The notes: generated by a model not told the origin, from the sequence alone. A stretch of 64,000 bases of DNA from Oscillospiraceae bacterium (GCA_015065545.1 SVQA01000009.1:19016-83015), one strand, 5' to 3'. Shown: positions 48,677 to 58,333, counted from the first letter of the stretch. Made by a program: numbers and translations.

Positions 48677-50416
48677 ATGAGCAGTGTTTTATTTGTTGTT
48701 CCTGTTTTTAAGGAAGCAATTCGCCAAGAATGCAACGTCACCCTGCTTCTTGCAACAATACTTAAAGGAAACGGCATTGACACAGGCATATACAGATATT
48801 ATGAAGCCTCACCGGATCTTGGTTTTGACTCTTTTTTGGACAACTCCGTTAACAATATTCTCTCCCACAACCCTCAGATTGTTTCCTTTTATTGTCGCGG
48901 TGACAGCTATCTTGCAAACATTATGGTTGCAAAAAAACTCAAAGCTATCCGTCCCGAAATACATATTGTATTTGGCGGTCCTCAGGCAGACATTACCGCA
49001 AGAGAAACAATGAATCAAATTCCTTGGGTTGACTACTGCTGCTCAGGCGAAGGAGAAACAACCATTTATCCGCTTTTCAAAGGCTTATTAAACGGCGAAG
49101 ATATAACCTACATAAAAGGTCTGACATACAGAAACACATCAAACGAAATAATTTCTAACCCTCGTCCCGAACTTATAGAGAATTTAGACGAGCTTCCTTT
49201 TATCGACTACACATTTATTCCCCAATGCACTCTGTCAAAGAATATGGAAACTCCCCCGAAAGTGCTGATGGACGTGGGAAGAGGCTGCCCATACAACTGT
49301 GCGTACTGCTCTACCAGCTTATTCTGGCAAAGAAAATTCAGACTAAAAAGTGCAGACAGAATTGTTGAGGAGATGAAACGACTTTACGATAAATATGGTA
49401 TCAAAAAGTTTGTTTTTGACCATGATCTTTTCACAGCCAGCAAAAAAAGAGTTTTCGAGTTTTGCCGTGTTCTTAAAGAAAGCGGGCTCGGTCTTGAGTG
49501 GTCTTGCTCCTCCAGAGCTGATACCATTGATAAAGAAACAATTGAAGAAATGGCTTCAGCCGGTATGCGTTCAATCTATATGGGTATTGAAAGCGGCTCA
49601 CCACGTATGCAAAAAATTATGCATAAAAACCTCAACATCGAAAAAGCCATGAAAACAATCAAATGTCTTATTGATAACAAAATGCGGGTTACTACATCCT
49701 TTATTTACGGATACCCCGAGGAAACCTACGAGGATTTAGAAGAAACTCTAAAAGTGATATATTCACTTTACAAATACGGTAATGTTTCCATTCAGCTTCA
49801 TCTTTGTTCAATCCTACCCGGTACAGAGTATTTCAGCAAATACAAAAAGGAGCTGGTATGGGCAGAAAATTTTTCTGATATAACAGGCGACTTCGGTGTA
49901 GAAGAAAATATAGATTTCATCCGTGAGCACAAAGAGCTGTTCCCATTCTATTACGAGTACCACAACGAGCTTCGTTCCCGACTTAACGGATTGAACAAAA
50001 GAATTATGCTCTTTATGGAGCTGTACGATTATTTGATAACAGTTGACCCAGAGAAATATTCAGATAAGCGTATAATCGACCTTTACCTTGATTTTATTGA
50101 TGCAAACGAGCATATCTTCAAAAACGATACTGATATGGTATATTCAGAAATAAAGCAGGAGCTTTATTATAACTATATATCCTCTGCTTATGATGAAGAT
50201 AATGCACAAAAGTTCAAAGAAATACTCACCTTCAAAATTGACCTGCAAAAAATAAAGGAAGAGGGAAAAGATACCTCTGATGTAAAGATTTATAATATTG
50301 ATATTGATGCAGTCATTAAAGAAAAAAAACTGAAGGATATAAGAAAAAGAACCTCTATGGTTTATATTACGGTTGTGAACAACAAGGTTTCCTGCGGGGT
50401 TCAGTATTTAGATTAA
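48677..50416 (+). CDS. Cobalamin-binding radical SAM protein (class B methyltransferase-like)
   Basis: N-terminal B12-binding domain (VFGGPQA, CSGEGE), GRGCPYNCAYC, DDLFT-like DHDLFT, GIESGS, IYGYPEET; promoter TTGAAA-17-TATAAT at 48607-48635. Confidence 0.9.
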   Translation: MSSVLFVVPVFKEAIRQECNVTLLLATILKGNGIDTGIYRYYEASPDLGFDSFLDNSVNNILSHNPQIVSFYCRGDSYLANIMVAKKLKAIRPEIHIVFGGPQADITARETMNQIPWVDYCCSGEGETTIYPLFKGLLNGEDITYIKGLTYRNTSNEIISNPRPELIENLDELPFIDYTFIPQCTLSKNMETPPKVLMDVGRGCPYNCAYCSTSLFWQRKFRLKSADRIVEEMKRLYDKYGIKKFVFDHDLFTASKKRVFEFCRVLKESGLGLEWSCSSRADTIDKETIEEMASAGMRSIYMGIESGSPRMQKIMHKNLNIEKAMKTIKCLIDNKMRVTTSFIYGYPEETYEDLEETLKVIYSLYKYGNVSIQLHLCSILPGTEYFSKYKKELVWAENFSDITGDFGVEENIDFIREHKELFPFYYEYHNELRSRLNGLNKRIMLFMELYDYLITVDPEKYSDKRIIDLYLDFIDANEHIFKNDTDMVYSEIKQELYYNYISSAYDEDNAQKFKEILTFKIDLQKIKEEGKDTSDVKIYNIDIDAVIKEKKLKDIRKRTSMVYITVVNNKVSCGVQYLD

Positions 50417-50464
50417 CTTCAGATAAAAAAGGAGCGGTATATCCGCTCCTTTTTTGTATCAATA

Positions 50465-50657
50465 TTGATTTTTTGAAAACAAAGTGGTATACTAAAGTTG
50501 CGACTCAGATGAATATTTTTCCCACCACGGGCAAGCATTTTTTTGTAAAAAATGCTTGCTCTTATTTTGCATACTTGCTTGTGTTGGGATGTAAACTGAG
50601 TCGCGTCAGTAGAGCTATGCGTTTTTTTGTGCGTAGCTTTATGCTGCGCACTTTTTT
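50465..50657 (+). ncRNA. Candidate ~155-nt structured small RNA
   Basis: TTGATT-17-TGnTATACT promoter; closing stem GCGACUCAG/CUGAGUCGC; nested stems; terminator GUGCGUAGC/GCUGCGCAC plus U6. Confidence 0.55.
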
Positions 50658-50761
50658 ATTTGCTCCCGTAACAGCCATTTGATATTTTTATTATTAAACC
50701 TATAATCTGCATTATTAAGGGGAAATAATCCCCATATAAAAAATATAAGGAGATGGAATTT

Positions 50762-50911
50762 ATGACGAAATCATCAAAGGAAAATCCACAAAAACAGACA
50801 AAAGAATCTCAGGAAAACCTCCCCGGCTACTTGTATCTGGAAACCTTGCGTAAAGATTACAACGAGTCTCTGAATATTATGGATAACTTCCTTAAAAAGC
50901 TCGAGGAATAA
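50762..50911 (+). CDS. Small hypothetical protein, 49 aa (MTKSSKENPQ...FLKKLEE), below the ORF-track cutoff
   Basis: AAGGAG RBS; clean ATG..TAA reading frame read by hand. Confidence 0.6.
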   Translation: MTKSSKENPQKQTKESQENLPGYLYLETLRKDYNESLNIMDNFLKKLEE

Positions 50912-51029
50912 TTCTGCCTTTTAGCACTTGAAATCTTTAGATTAATATAGTATAATTATTGCGGTATAAGATTTTACATATTTCTTTTCCCCAATATCCT
51001 ATAATAATTTACAGACGGAGGTGTTTCGG

Positions 51030-51275
51030 ATGTTGGATAAGACTATGGTATTCTCTCTGGGCGGCGATAGAGATGATGAGATTAAGCGTGCATTGCTTAT
51101 AGTTTACGATGCATTGCGTAAGAAGGGTTATAACCCCATCAACCAAATCGTAGGCTACATTCTTTCTGAGGATCCTACCTATATCACAACCTACAACAAC
51201 GCCCGAAATATCATTTCGAAGATTGACAGAGACGACCTCTTGGAAGCCCTTGTCAAATCATACATCAAGAGCTAA
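51030..51275 (+). CDS. ireB: IreB/ReoM family regulatory phosphoprotein (DUF965)
   Basis: KGYNPINQIVGYILSEDPTYIT...AR...IDRDDLLE; start could also be GTG 51021. Confidence 0.93.
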   Translation: MLDKTMVFSLGGDRDDEIKRALLIVYDALRKKGYNPINQIVGYILSEDPTYITTYNNARNIISKIDRDDLLEALVKSYIKS

Positions 51276-51289
51276 CGGAGGAAAACACT

Positions 51290-51580
51290 TTGGCAAATAA
51301 AGAATTTTTCAGCTACAAGGGCAAACCCCTTGTGCGCTGCGGTGACGAGCTTTACTACGGCAGTATGGCAGACAATTTCGTTATCCGTATGCAGATAAAA
51401 ACAAAAAAAGAAGTAAACGGCTTGCAGGTTGCCGACAAGGTTGCAGTTCAGCTTATGTGCACCGACCCCGACTTAAGCCCCAGAAAACAGCTTGTTAAGG
51501 CTTCCGAGAAAACAGGTCTCTTTGCCGCTATGGACATTGCAGACATCTGGCTTGAGAGAGCGCTCAACAACAAAATGTGA
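51290..51580 (+). CDS. Conserved hypothetical protein
   Basis: GGAGG RBS with TTG start; YKGKPLVR...YYG; terminator downstream. Confidence 0.75.
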   Translation: MANKEFFSYKGKPLVRCGDELYYGSMADNFVIRMQIKTKKEVNGLQVADKVAVQLMCTDPDLSPRKQLVKASEKTGLFAAMDIADIWLERALNNKM

Positions 51581-51640
51581 TTAAACTTAAACACCGTGCT
51601 GAAAATTCAGCACGGTGTTTTTCTGTCTTAATTTAGATTA

Positions 51641-52852
51641 TCAGAAAATGGGATAATCCTTCTCAAAGAGCACGTCTTCATAAAGGAAAAGTTTGTTTAT
51701 TCCTTGTGTTAATTCCTTAGAAACCTCAACATAACATCCTACATATTTCATATCGTCGGTATATCCACATCCGGGCTTAAGGTCCACAATACAGCCTTCA
51801 AAATAAATTGCATCTCCCTGCTTATAAAGAGCTTTCACCTCGTAGTCGATGCAACCGCTTCCAAAAACCTTATTTACAAATACAAGATTGTTATTCTCAA
51901 AAAACTCCTCGGTATAAACATCGCTGTTTTCACCGAATACACCAAAATACTCCTCGGTATTTGTAATATATTCCGCAACCTCTTTTTCCCTAAAATATTT
52001 TTCTGTCAGTTTTACATCACAATCCAGCTTCTCTGCATCTTCGGGAATATCGGTAGAGGTTATTCCTTCATTCCTCCAATAGTTAAATGGCAGGTCTGCA
52101 AGGTACTTCTGTATGTTAGTTACGTCCTTGACATTCACCTTGTAGTCTCCATCAAAATCGGAATAAGCGTAGCAAAACATCGCATAAATATCCTCTATGA
52201 CATAGCCCTCAACTCCTGCAAGGAACTTCTGAATATATGTTGCATCCCTTACTGTAATTTCGCCATCTGCATCTGCGTCGCCGATTTTTCTTGCTATACC
52301 CTCTTCGTCACACCAATCTTTGAGGTCTTCAAAGTTTGCTTTTACCGCATCTTCAAGGATCAGTACTTCCTCCGTCTCGGGAATCACTACATAGTAGCCA
52401 AGTCCAAGATAGCAAGAAACTCCGTAGTGTATTTCATTCGTGTATATACGGTCTCCAATCTTTACATCCGCATTTTCAACCTCAGAATCGGTTTCATCAA
52501 AGTTTATATCGAAAACTGCATAGTCAACAGTAGCCTCGTTTTGATACACACAAACCATATCGATTGTATAAGAAATCTCATAGTTACCCCAAGGTCTGTC
52601 CCCTTCAAAGCGGTTAACTCCGCCCATCTGTTTGAGCATATATTCCCACACAAGCTGTGTGAGTGCCGATTCGTCAAATGTTGCTTCGTCAGTTGTAGCC
52701 TCAGAAGTATCATCTTCGTCCTTTGATGCTTCGTCCGAGGTAACACCTATGCCTGTGCTATTCTCTGTATCTGCCTCCTGTGCAGAAAACGAGAAGCTCC
52801 CCATAGAAATCACCATAATAAAAGAGAGTAAAAATGCCAATATCTTTTTCAT
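51641..52852 (-). CDS. Secreted dockerin protein with acidic xTxDE N-terminus and PrcB_C-like C-terminal domain
   Basis: Signal peptide; GDADADGEITVRDATYIQK / DFDGDYKVNVKDVTNIQK; YTEEFFENNNL...GSG...TDDM; AAAGGAG RBS before ATG 52852. Confidence 0.8.
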   Translation of the reverse strand: MKKILAFLLSFIMVISMGSFSFSAQEADTENSTGIGVTSDEASKDEDDTSEATTDEATFDESALTQLVWEYMLKQMGGVNRFEGDRPWGNYEISYTIDMVCVYQNEATVDYAVFDINFDETDSEVENADVKIGDRIYTNEIHYGVSCYLGLGYYVVIPETEEVLILEDAVKANFEDLKDWCDEEGIARKIGDADADGEITVRDATYIQKFLAGVEGYVIEDIYAMFCYAYSDFDGDYKVNVKDVTNIQKYLADLPFNYWRNEGITSTDIPEDAEKLDCDVKLTEKYFREKEVAEYITNTEEYFGVFGENSDVYTEEFFENNNLVFVNKVFGSGCIDYEVKALYKQGDAIYFEGCIVDLKPGCGYTDDMKYVGCYVEVSKELTQGINKLFLYEDVLFEKDYPIF

Positions 52853-52987
52853 AAAAAACACTCCTTTCAAAGCTTTTTCGCTTTTCATTTATTAGACGAT
52901 ATTAAATATATAGACCTCACAAAAATTTTTAATTATTTTACAAAAACTGCCCTCTTAAACATAAAAGAGAGCAGTAGGCTTTGCATA

Positions 52988-53356
52988 TTACTGTTTTTCA
53001 AGATGTAACTTTATTGCCTCAAGAGTTGTGTCACTTATAACGTGTTCCATCTTGCAAGCATCCTGAGAAGCTGTGTCTTCGTCAACACCCAAAGATACAA
53101 GAAACTCAGTAAGGACTCTGTGGCGGTGGTAAATCTTCTCTGCCACTTCCCTGCCAACATCTGTGAGCAGAATATAGCCGTCCTTATCAACTGTTATATA
53201 ACCGCCGTCTTTAAGAAGCTTTACAGCACGGCTTACAGAAGGCTTTGAGAAATTACGATACTCCGCAACATCAAGAGAGCGGACTGCCTGCTTTTCTTTT
53301 GTAAGTACCAGTATTGCTTCTAAGTACATTTCGCCTGATTCCAAAAGCTTTGCCAC
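52988..53356 (-). CDS. DtxR/MntR-family metal-dependent repressor (short form, no FeoA domain)
   Basis: ESGEMYLEAI, SKPSVSRAV, RHRVLTEFL, DACKMEHVIS. Confidence 0.93.
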   Translation of the reverse strand: MAKLLESGEMYLEAILVLTKEKQAVRSLDVAEYRNFSKPSVSRAVKLLKDGGYITVDKDGYILLTDVGREVAEKIYHRHRVLTEFLVSLGVDEDTASQDACKMEHVISDTTLEAIKLHLEKQ

Positions 53357-53510
53357 CCTATCACCCTCTCATTTATGATGTAAATATTATACCATACCCC
53401 TTTTTTTATTTCAATATAATATCTATTTTTGAATTTTGCACAATATATTTTTGCACAAAAAATCCTCCCTGCGCATTTTGACGAATTTTACTAAAAACCA
53501 TTTCCATAAC

Positions 53511-53562
53511 TTGACAAAAGAAAATTTATAATGTAATATATATACAGTTAGCATATGCTAAC
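53511..53562 (+). promoter_or_regulatory. feoA promoter with DtxR-type palindromic operator
   Basis: TTGACA-17-TGnTAATAT; perfect palindrome GTTAGCATATGCTAAC at 53547-53562. Confidence 0.75.
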
Positions 53563-53629
53563 CAATGCATTTTTCGCATTATTACCCCTTAATTGTAATA
53601 ATGTTAAGTATATAAAAGGGAGAACATCT

Positions 53630-53851
53630 ATGAATACTTTAAAAGATGTTAAAGTCGGCAAAACCGCAAAAGTACTTAAAGTTCACGGCGAGGGTGCCGT
53701 AAGACGCAGAATTATGGATATGGGTATTACAAAAGGTGTAGAAATTTTAATCCGAAAAGTTGCACCTCTCGGCGACCCTATGGAGCTTACGGTCCGCGGC
53801 TACGAGCTTTCTCTGAGAAAAGCAGATGCCGATATGATTGAGGTCGTGTAA
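53630..53851 (+). CDS. feoA: Ferrous iron transport protein A
   Basis: RRIMDMGITKG...KVAPLGDPMELTVRGYELSLRK; start at ATG 53630 by RBS. Confidence 0.95.
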   Translation: MNTLKDVKVGKTAKVLKVHGEGAVRRRIMDMGITKGVEILIRKVAPLGDPMELTVRGYELSLRKADADMIEVV

Positions 53852-53901
53852 TCAGCACAAAATACAACACGGGGATATTCCCCTTTACTTTTTACACTTC
53901 G

Positions 53902-53917
53902 GTTAGCTTATGCTAAT
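53902..53917. promoter_or_regulatory. Second DtxR-type operator between feoA and feoB
   Basis: GTTAGCTTATGCTAAT, 14/16 identical to the upstream palindrome. Confidence 0.65.
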
Positions 53918-53936
53918 CACGAAAGCGAGGAAACTT

Positions 53937-56084
53937 ATGGGTATCAGAATCGCCCTTGCGGGCAATCCAAACTCAGGTAAAACCACCCTTTTTAATGCCC
54001 TTACAGGCTCCAACCAGTATGTGGGCAACTGGGCAGGCGTTACCGTTGAGAAAAAAGAAGGTAAACTAAAAAAGCAGAACGATGTTATCCTCACCGATCT
54101 GCCGGGTATTTACTCTCTCTCTCCTTACACATTAGAGGAGGTAGTTGCCCGAAATTACCTAATAAACGAACGGCCGGATGCAATCCTAAATATTGTTGAC
54201 GGAACAAATCTTGAACGTAACCTTTACCTTACAACTCAGCTTATGGAGCTTGGTATTCCTGTTGTAGTTGCTATCAATATGATGGATATTGTAAGGCGAA
54301 ACGGTGACGAGATTGACACAGAAATCCTCTCAAAGCGACTCGGTTGCAGAGTTATTGAGATCTCTGCTTTAAAGGGTGACAGCATCGACACCGCCGCAGA
54401 TTTGGCTATTGAGGCGGCAAAGGCTCCCCGCAAAAAGCCCCGTCACATATTCTCGGGTGTTGTGGAGCACGCTCTTGCTCATATTGAGGAGGCTGCAATC
54501 CACAATATGCCCGAAGAACAGCAGCGTTGGTACTCGGTTAAAATCTTTGAGCGTGACGAAAAGGTGCTCCAGAGTCTCAAACTTAATCCATCTGTAATAA
54601 AACACATGGAATATGACATCAAAGAGGTCGAAGAAATTATGGACGATGACGCAGAGAGCATCATTACAAACGAGCGATACAATTACATTGTTTCCATAAT
54701 GCAGGTTTGTTACAAGAGAAAGCACTCAAACAAAATGACAATCTCTGACAAAATCGACAGAGTGGTAACAAACCGTATTCTTGCTCTGCCCATTTTTGCG
54801 CTGATTATGTTTCTCGTTTATTATCTCGCTATTGGCTCCGTTGGTAACTGGACAGTAGATTTTATGAACGAAAAGCTCTTTGGTGAATGGATTATTCCTG
54901 CGGCAAACAGCGGACTCGAAAGCCTCAACTGTCCCACATGGCTTGTTGGACTTGTATCCGACGGTATCCTTAGCGGTGTAGGTGCTGTTCTTGGCTTTGT
55001 GCCTCAGATGTTTATTCTGTTTTTACTGCTTTCTCTTCTTGAGGACTGCGGATATATGGCACGAATTGCATTTATTATGGACAGACTTTTCCGCAAGTTC
55101 GGACTTTCGGGCAAAAGCTTTATTCCTATGCTTGTAGGCGTTGGTTGCGGTGTGCCCGGTGTTATGGCATCGAGAACAATCGAAAATGAGCGTGACCGCC
55201 GTATGACAATTATGACAACCTGCTTTATCCCCTGTGGTGCAAAGATGCCCATTATCGGACTTTTTGCAGGTGCAATATTCGGCGGCAGCGGACTTGTTGC
55301 GGTTTCTGCATACTTTATGGGTATTGCTTCTGTTATAATCTCAGGCATAATGCTTAAGAAAACAAAGATTTTCTCAGGGGATCCTGCTCCCTTTGTTATG
55401 GAGCTTCCCTCCTACCACGCACCCGTTCCCATCAACATCTTCCGTGCAACATGGGAAAGAGGTTGGTCATTCATCAAAAAGGCAGGTACAGTAATTCTGC
55501 TTTCCACCATTATTCTTTGGTTCTTACAGGGCTTCGGCTTTGAAAACGGTGCTTTTGTAATGGTAGAAAACAACGACAACTCCCTGCTTGCATACATAGG
55601 CAATGCAGTAGCATTTATTTTTGCTCCCTTGGGTTTTGGCAACTGGAAGTCTGCTGTTGCAACCTTTACGGGTCTTATGGCAAAGGAGGGCGTTGTTTCC
55701 ACCTTTGGCGTTCTTCTGAATGTATCAGGCGAGGTTACAGAAGCCTCCTCTGCTTTACATCTTGCTGTATCTCAGCATTTTGGCGGTTCAGGTCTGGTTG
55801 CTTACAGCTTTATGGCATTCAACCTCCTTTGTGCTCCCTGCTTTGCAGCTATGGGTGCAATCAAAAGAGAAATGAACAGCCCCAAGTGGACTTTCTTTGC
55901 TATCGGTTACATGACCGCTTTTGCTTACGCTGTATCACTTATGATATATCAGTTTGGTTCTCTCTTTACAGGAAACGGAAATATAATCGGCACCATCTTT
56001 GCTTCGATTATACTTTTGTTCTTTGTATATATGCTTGTAAAGCCTTACAAAGAATCCACAAAACTCACAAGAAATCTTAAATAA
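53937..56084 (+). CDS. feoB: Ferrous iron transport protein B
   Basis: GNPNSGKTT, VGNWAGVTVE, DLPGIYS, NMMD GTPase motifs; GFGC-like GVGCGVP gate. Confidence 0.97.
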   Translation: MGIRIALAGNPNSGKTTLFNALTGSNQYVGNWAGVTVEKKEGKLKKQNDVILTDLPGIYSLSPYTLEEVVARNYLINERPDAILNIVDGTNLERNLYLTTQLMELGIPVVVAINMMDIVRRNGDEIDTEILSKRLGCRVIEISALKGDSIDTAADLAIEAAKAPRKKPRHIFSGVVEHALAHIEEAAIHNMPEEQQRWYSVKIFERDEKVLQSLKLNPSVIKHMEYDIKEVEEIMDDDAESIITNERYNYIVSIMQVCYKRKHSNKMTISDKIDRVVTNRILALPIFALIMFLVYYLAIGSVGNWTVDFMNEKLFGEWIIPAANSGLESLNCPTWLVGLVSDGILSGVGAVLGFVPQMFILFLLLSLLEDCGYMARIAFIMDRLFRKFGLSGKSFIPMLVGVGCGVPGVMASRTIENERDRRMTIMTTCFIPCGAKMPIIGLFAGAIFGGSGLVAVSAYFMGIASVIISGIMLKKTKIFSGDPAPFVMELPSYHAPVPINIFRATWERGWSFIKKAGTVILLSTIILWFLQGFGFENGAFVMVENNDNSLLAYIGNAVAFIFAPLGFGNWKSAVATFTGLMAKEGVVSTFGVLLNVSGEVTEASSALHLAVSQHFGGSGLVAYSFMAFNLLCAPCFAAMGAIKREMNSPKWTFFAIGYMTAFAYAVSLMIYQFGSLFTGNGNIIGTIFASIILLFFVYMLVKPYKESTKLTRNLK

Positions 56085-56095
56085 GAGGTGGCAAA

Positions 56096-56284
56096 ATGTT
56101 TGATTGGATTATAAATAATATTGGCACAATCGCAGTTTGCACAGTACTTCTTGCTATTGTTACCGCAATAACTATTTATCTCATAAGAAACAAAAAAGCA
56201 GGTAAAAACTCCTGCAGTTGCGGATGCGGTTGTACTCATTGTGCAATGAAGGACTCCTGCCACGCAGGAAAAGACACAAAATAA
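56096..56284 (+). CDS. FeoB-associated Cys-rich membrane protein
   Basis: One TM helix then CSCGCGCTHC...CH; directly after feoB. Confidence 0.9.
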   Translation: MFDWIINNIGTIAVCTVLLAIVTAITIYLIRNKKAGKNSCSCGCGCTHCAMKDSCHAGKDTK

Positions 56285-56498
56285 AACACTTTCATATTTA
56301 TTTACCCCTTTTTAAAGCTCCCGATGTTTTATCGGGAGCTTTTTCTTGCAGTAAGGGAGTGTTTATTTTTTCTTTTAAATATTTCAAAAACTCCCCACCA
56401 AAATACTGGACTAATTGTTCCGATTATGATATTATAAAAAGTGTTTGTTAATATTCAATATACATTAACATTAACTTAAAACGAAATGAGGTATATGA

Positions 56499-58172
56499 AT
56501 GGCTGTAAAGAAAATCAAAAAGCCAAAAACAACCGAACCAAAGCTTCGGTTCACAGTAAATCATGCACTTGCAGGAATTTATGTATTTTTGCTTTTTACA
56601 ATTCTTCCTCTGTTCCAGTCCAAGCTCTACTCTGCAACAAGACGAGATAAGTTTGCTCTCTTCATAATACTTACCACTATTGCAGGTGTGGCTGTGGGAG
56701 CAGTAGCACTGGCAAACTATCTTACCCGAAACAATGAGTACAACAAAAAGCTCAATACATATCGTGACCCTTTTAAGTTAAGTATTACCGATATTGGTCT
56801 TGGTGCTTTTCTTATCGTTTCACTCATCTCTACACTTTTCAGCAAATACAGAAGCACCTGCTTCATTGCCTATCATACCGAAGAAGTAACCCTTATAAAC
56901 CAAAACGGTGTGGGAGTTACCAAAGAAGTAAATTCAGGCAGAAATATGGGACTTCTGATGATACTTATGATAGTTGTGTGCTATCTGGTAATTTCACGTT
57001 TCTTCTTCAGTAAAAAGTTTGTTTATTACGGAATTTTTATGGGAATAACTTTAGTTGTAGGACTTGCTATCCTCAACTATCACCGCATTGATCCTCTTGG
57101 TATTTTTGAGAAATATGCAAGCAATGAGAACGTTCAGCAGAACTTCACCTCCACAATAGGCAACAAGAACTACCTTTCGGCTCTTGTGTGTGTGTCCCTT
57201 ATGTTCTCCTTTGGTATGGCTATTGTTACCAAAGACCTCGTTATGAGAATTGTTGCTTTTTTAAGCACAGCAATTCAGTTCATGGGACTTATCGTCGCAA
57301 CATCTGACGGTGGCTTCCTCGGCTTCTTTGCAGGTATGGCAGTACTTCTTATCATTGCAAGCAGAGATGCAAAAAGACTTATGTGGTACTTCCTCGGACT
57401 TTTCATTATGATGGCAAGTGCAAAAGTACTTTCTATCTTCCAGAATTCCTCCAAAGGCTACACAAGTTTTTCCGACTTATTCCTGAACAGCGGACTTACC
57501 TATATTGTTTTGGCAATCAGCGCAGGACTTTTTGCACTGCTGTTTATCCTCGGCAATAAAATTGAAAATTTCCGTTTGCCTTCTTTCCTTTTCTTTATTG
57601 TAATCGGTGTTATCGGTGCAGCAGTTACTGCTGTTATCGGACTCTTTGTTTATTACAGCGTAATCGACACAACCTCTGTTATTCCTAAAGATGACTTCAG
57701 ACGATTCTTCCGCTTTGATGACAAGTGGGGTACTCACAGAGGTCTGTTCTGGAACAGAGCCTTCGATATCTTCGGCGATATGAATTTCTTTGAAAAACTC
57801 TTTGGCTGTGGTCCCGAAACCTTCTACTTCAAGTATAAACCCTATAATCAGGAGCTTTATAATCTTCACAATGAGTTTACAAACAACTCTGCTCACAACG
57901 TTTACATTAACTACCTTATCACTCATGGTGTTCTGGGACTCGGCGCATACCTTACCTTTATCGGTGCCGCGATTGTACGTGCATTCAAGAATGCAAAAGA
58001 GAATCCTCTTTCTTACATCTGTCTCGGTGTTATGGCAGCTTATGCCGCACAGGATATTGTAAATATCGCAAATCCCCTTAATGTTTCCTGGTTTATCGCA
58101 TTCATTGCTATTTCCGAGGCTTGTGTGCTCAAAGCTAACAGAAGTAACCAACTCATAACAGACAAGTTCTGA
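56499..58172 (+). CDS. O-antigen ligase/Wzy_C-like polytopic membrane protein
   Basis: About 12 TM helices; STIGNKNY, HRGLFW, FGCGPETF, AHNVYINYL..HGVLG. Confidence 0.8.
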   Translation: MAVKKIKKPKTTEPKLRFTVNHALAGIYVFLLFTILPLFQSKLYSATRRDKFALFIILTTIAGVAVGAVALANYLTRNNEYNKKLNTYRDPFKLSITDIGLGAFLIVSLISTLFSKYRSTCFIAYHTEEVTLINQNGVGVTKEVNSGRNMGLLMILMIVVCYLVISRFFFSKKFVYYGIFMGITLVVGLAILNYHRIDPLGIFEKYASNENVQQNFTSTIGNKNYLSALVCVSLMFSFGMAIVTKDLVMRIVAFLSTAIQFMGLIVATSDGGFLGFFAGMAVLLIIASRDAKRLMWYFLGLFIMMASAKVLSIFQNSSKGYTSFSDLFLNSGLTYIVLAISAGLFALLFILGNKIENFRLPSFLFFIVIGVIGAAVTAVIGLFVYYSVIDTTSVIPKDDFRRFFRFDDKWGTHRGLFWNRAFDIFGDMNFFEKLFGCGPETFYFKYKPYNQELYNLHNEFTNNSAHNVYINYLITHGVLGLGAYLTFIGAAIVRAFKNAKENPLSYICLGVMAAYAAQDIVNIANPLNVSWFIAFIAISEACVLKANRSNQLITDKF

Positions 58173-58333
58173 TAATTTTTCTTTTGATTTATTTCAACTA
58201 AAATTGTTTTTTGTGTTTTAAAATATTTGTTTACATCAAAAAAACTCATCAGTTTTTATTGACAGATAAGCCATTGGGGTGTAAAATAAATTGTTCGCAA
58301 AAACAAATCCATTTTGTGAAAGGTTTTGATTAT

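Noticed and set aside
50500-50657. Assignment as 6S, tmRNA, SRP or RNase P RNA
   Set aside because: No tmRNA ends or tag, no SRP GGAAG loop, no RNase P GAGGAAAGUCC; the rod is only ~105 nt, short for 6S. Needs a covariance-model search.
48677-50911. rSAM plus 49-aa ORF as a RiPP cluster
   Set aside because: Separated by two terminators and a separate promoter; the peptide lacks leader/core features; no transporter or protease nearby.
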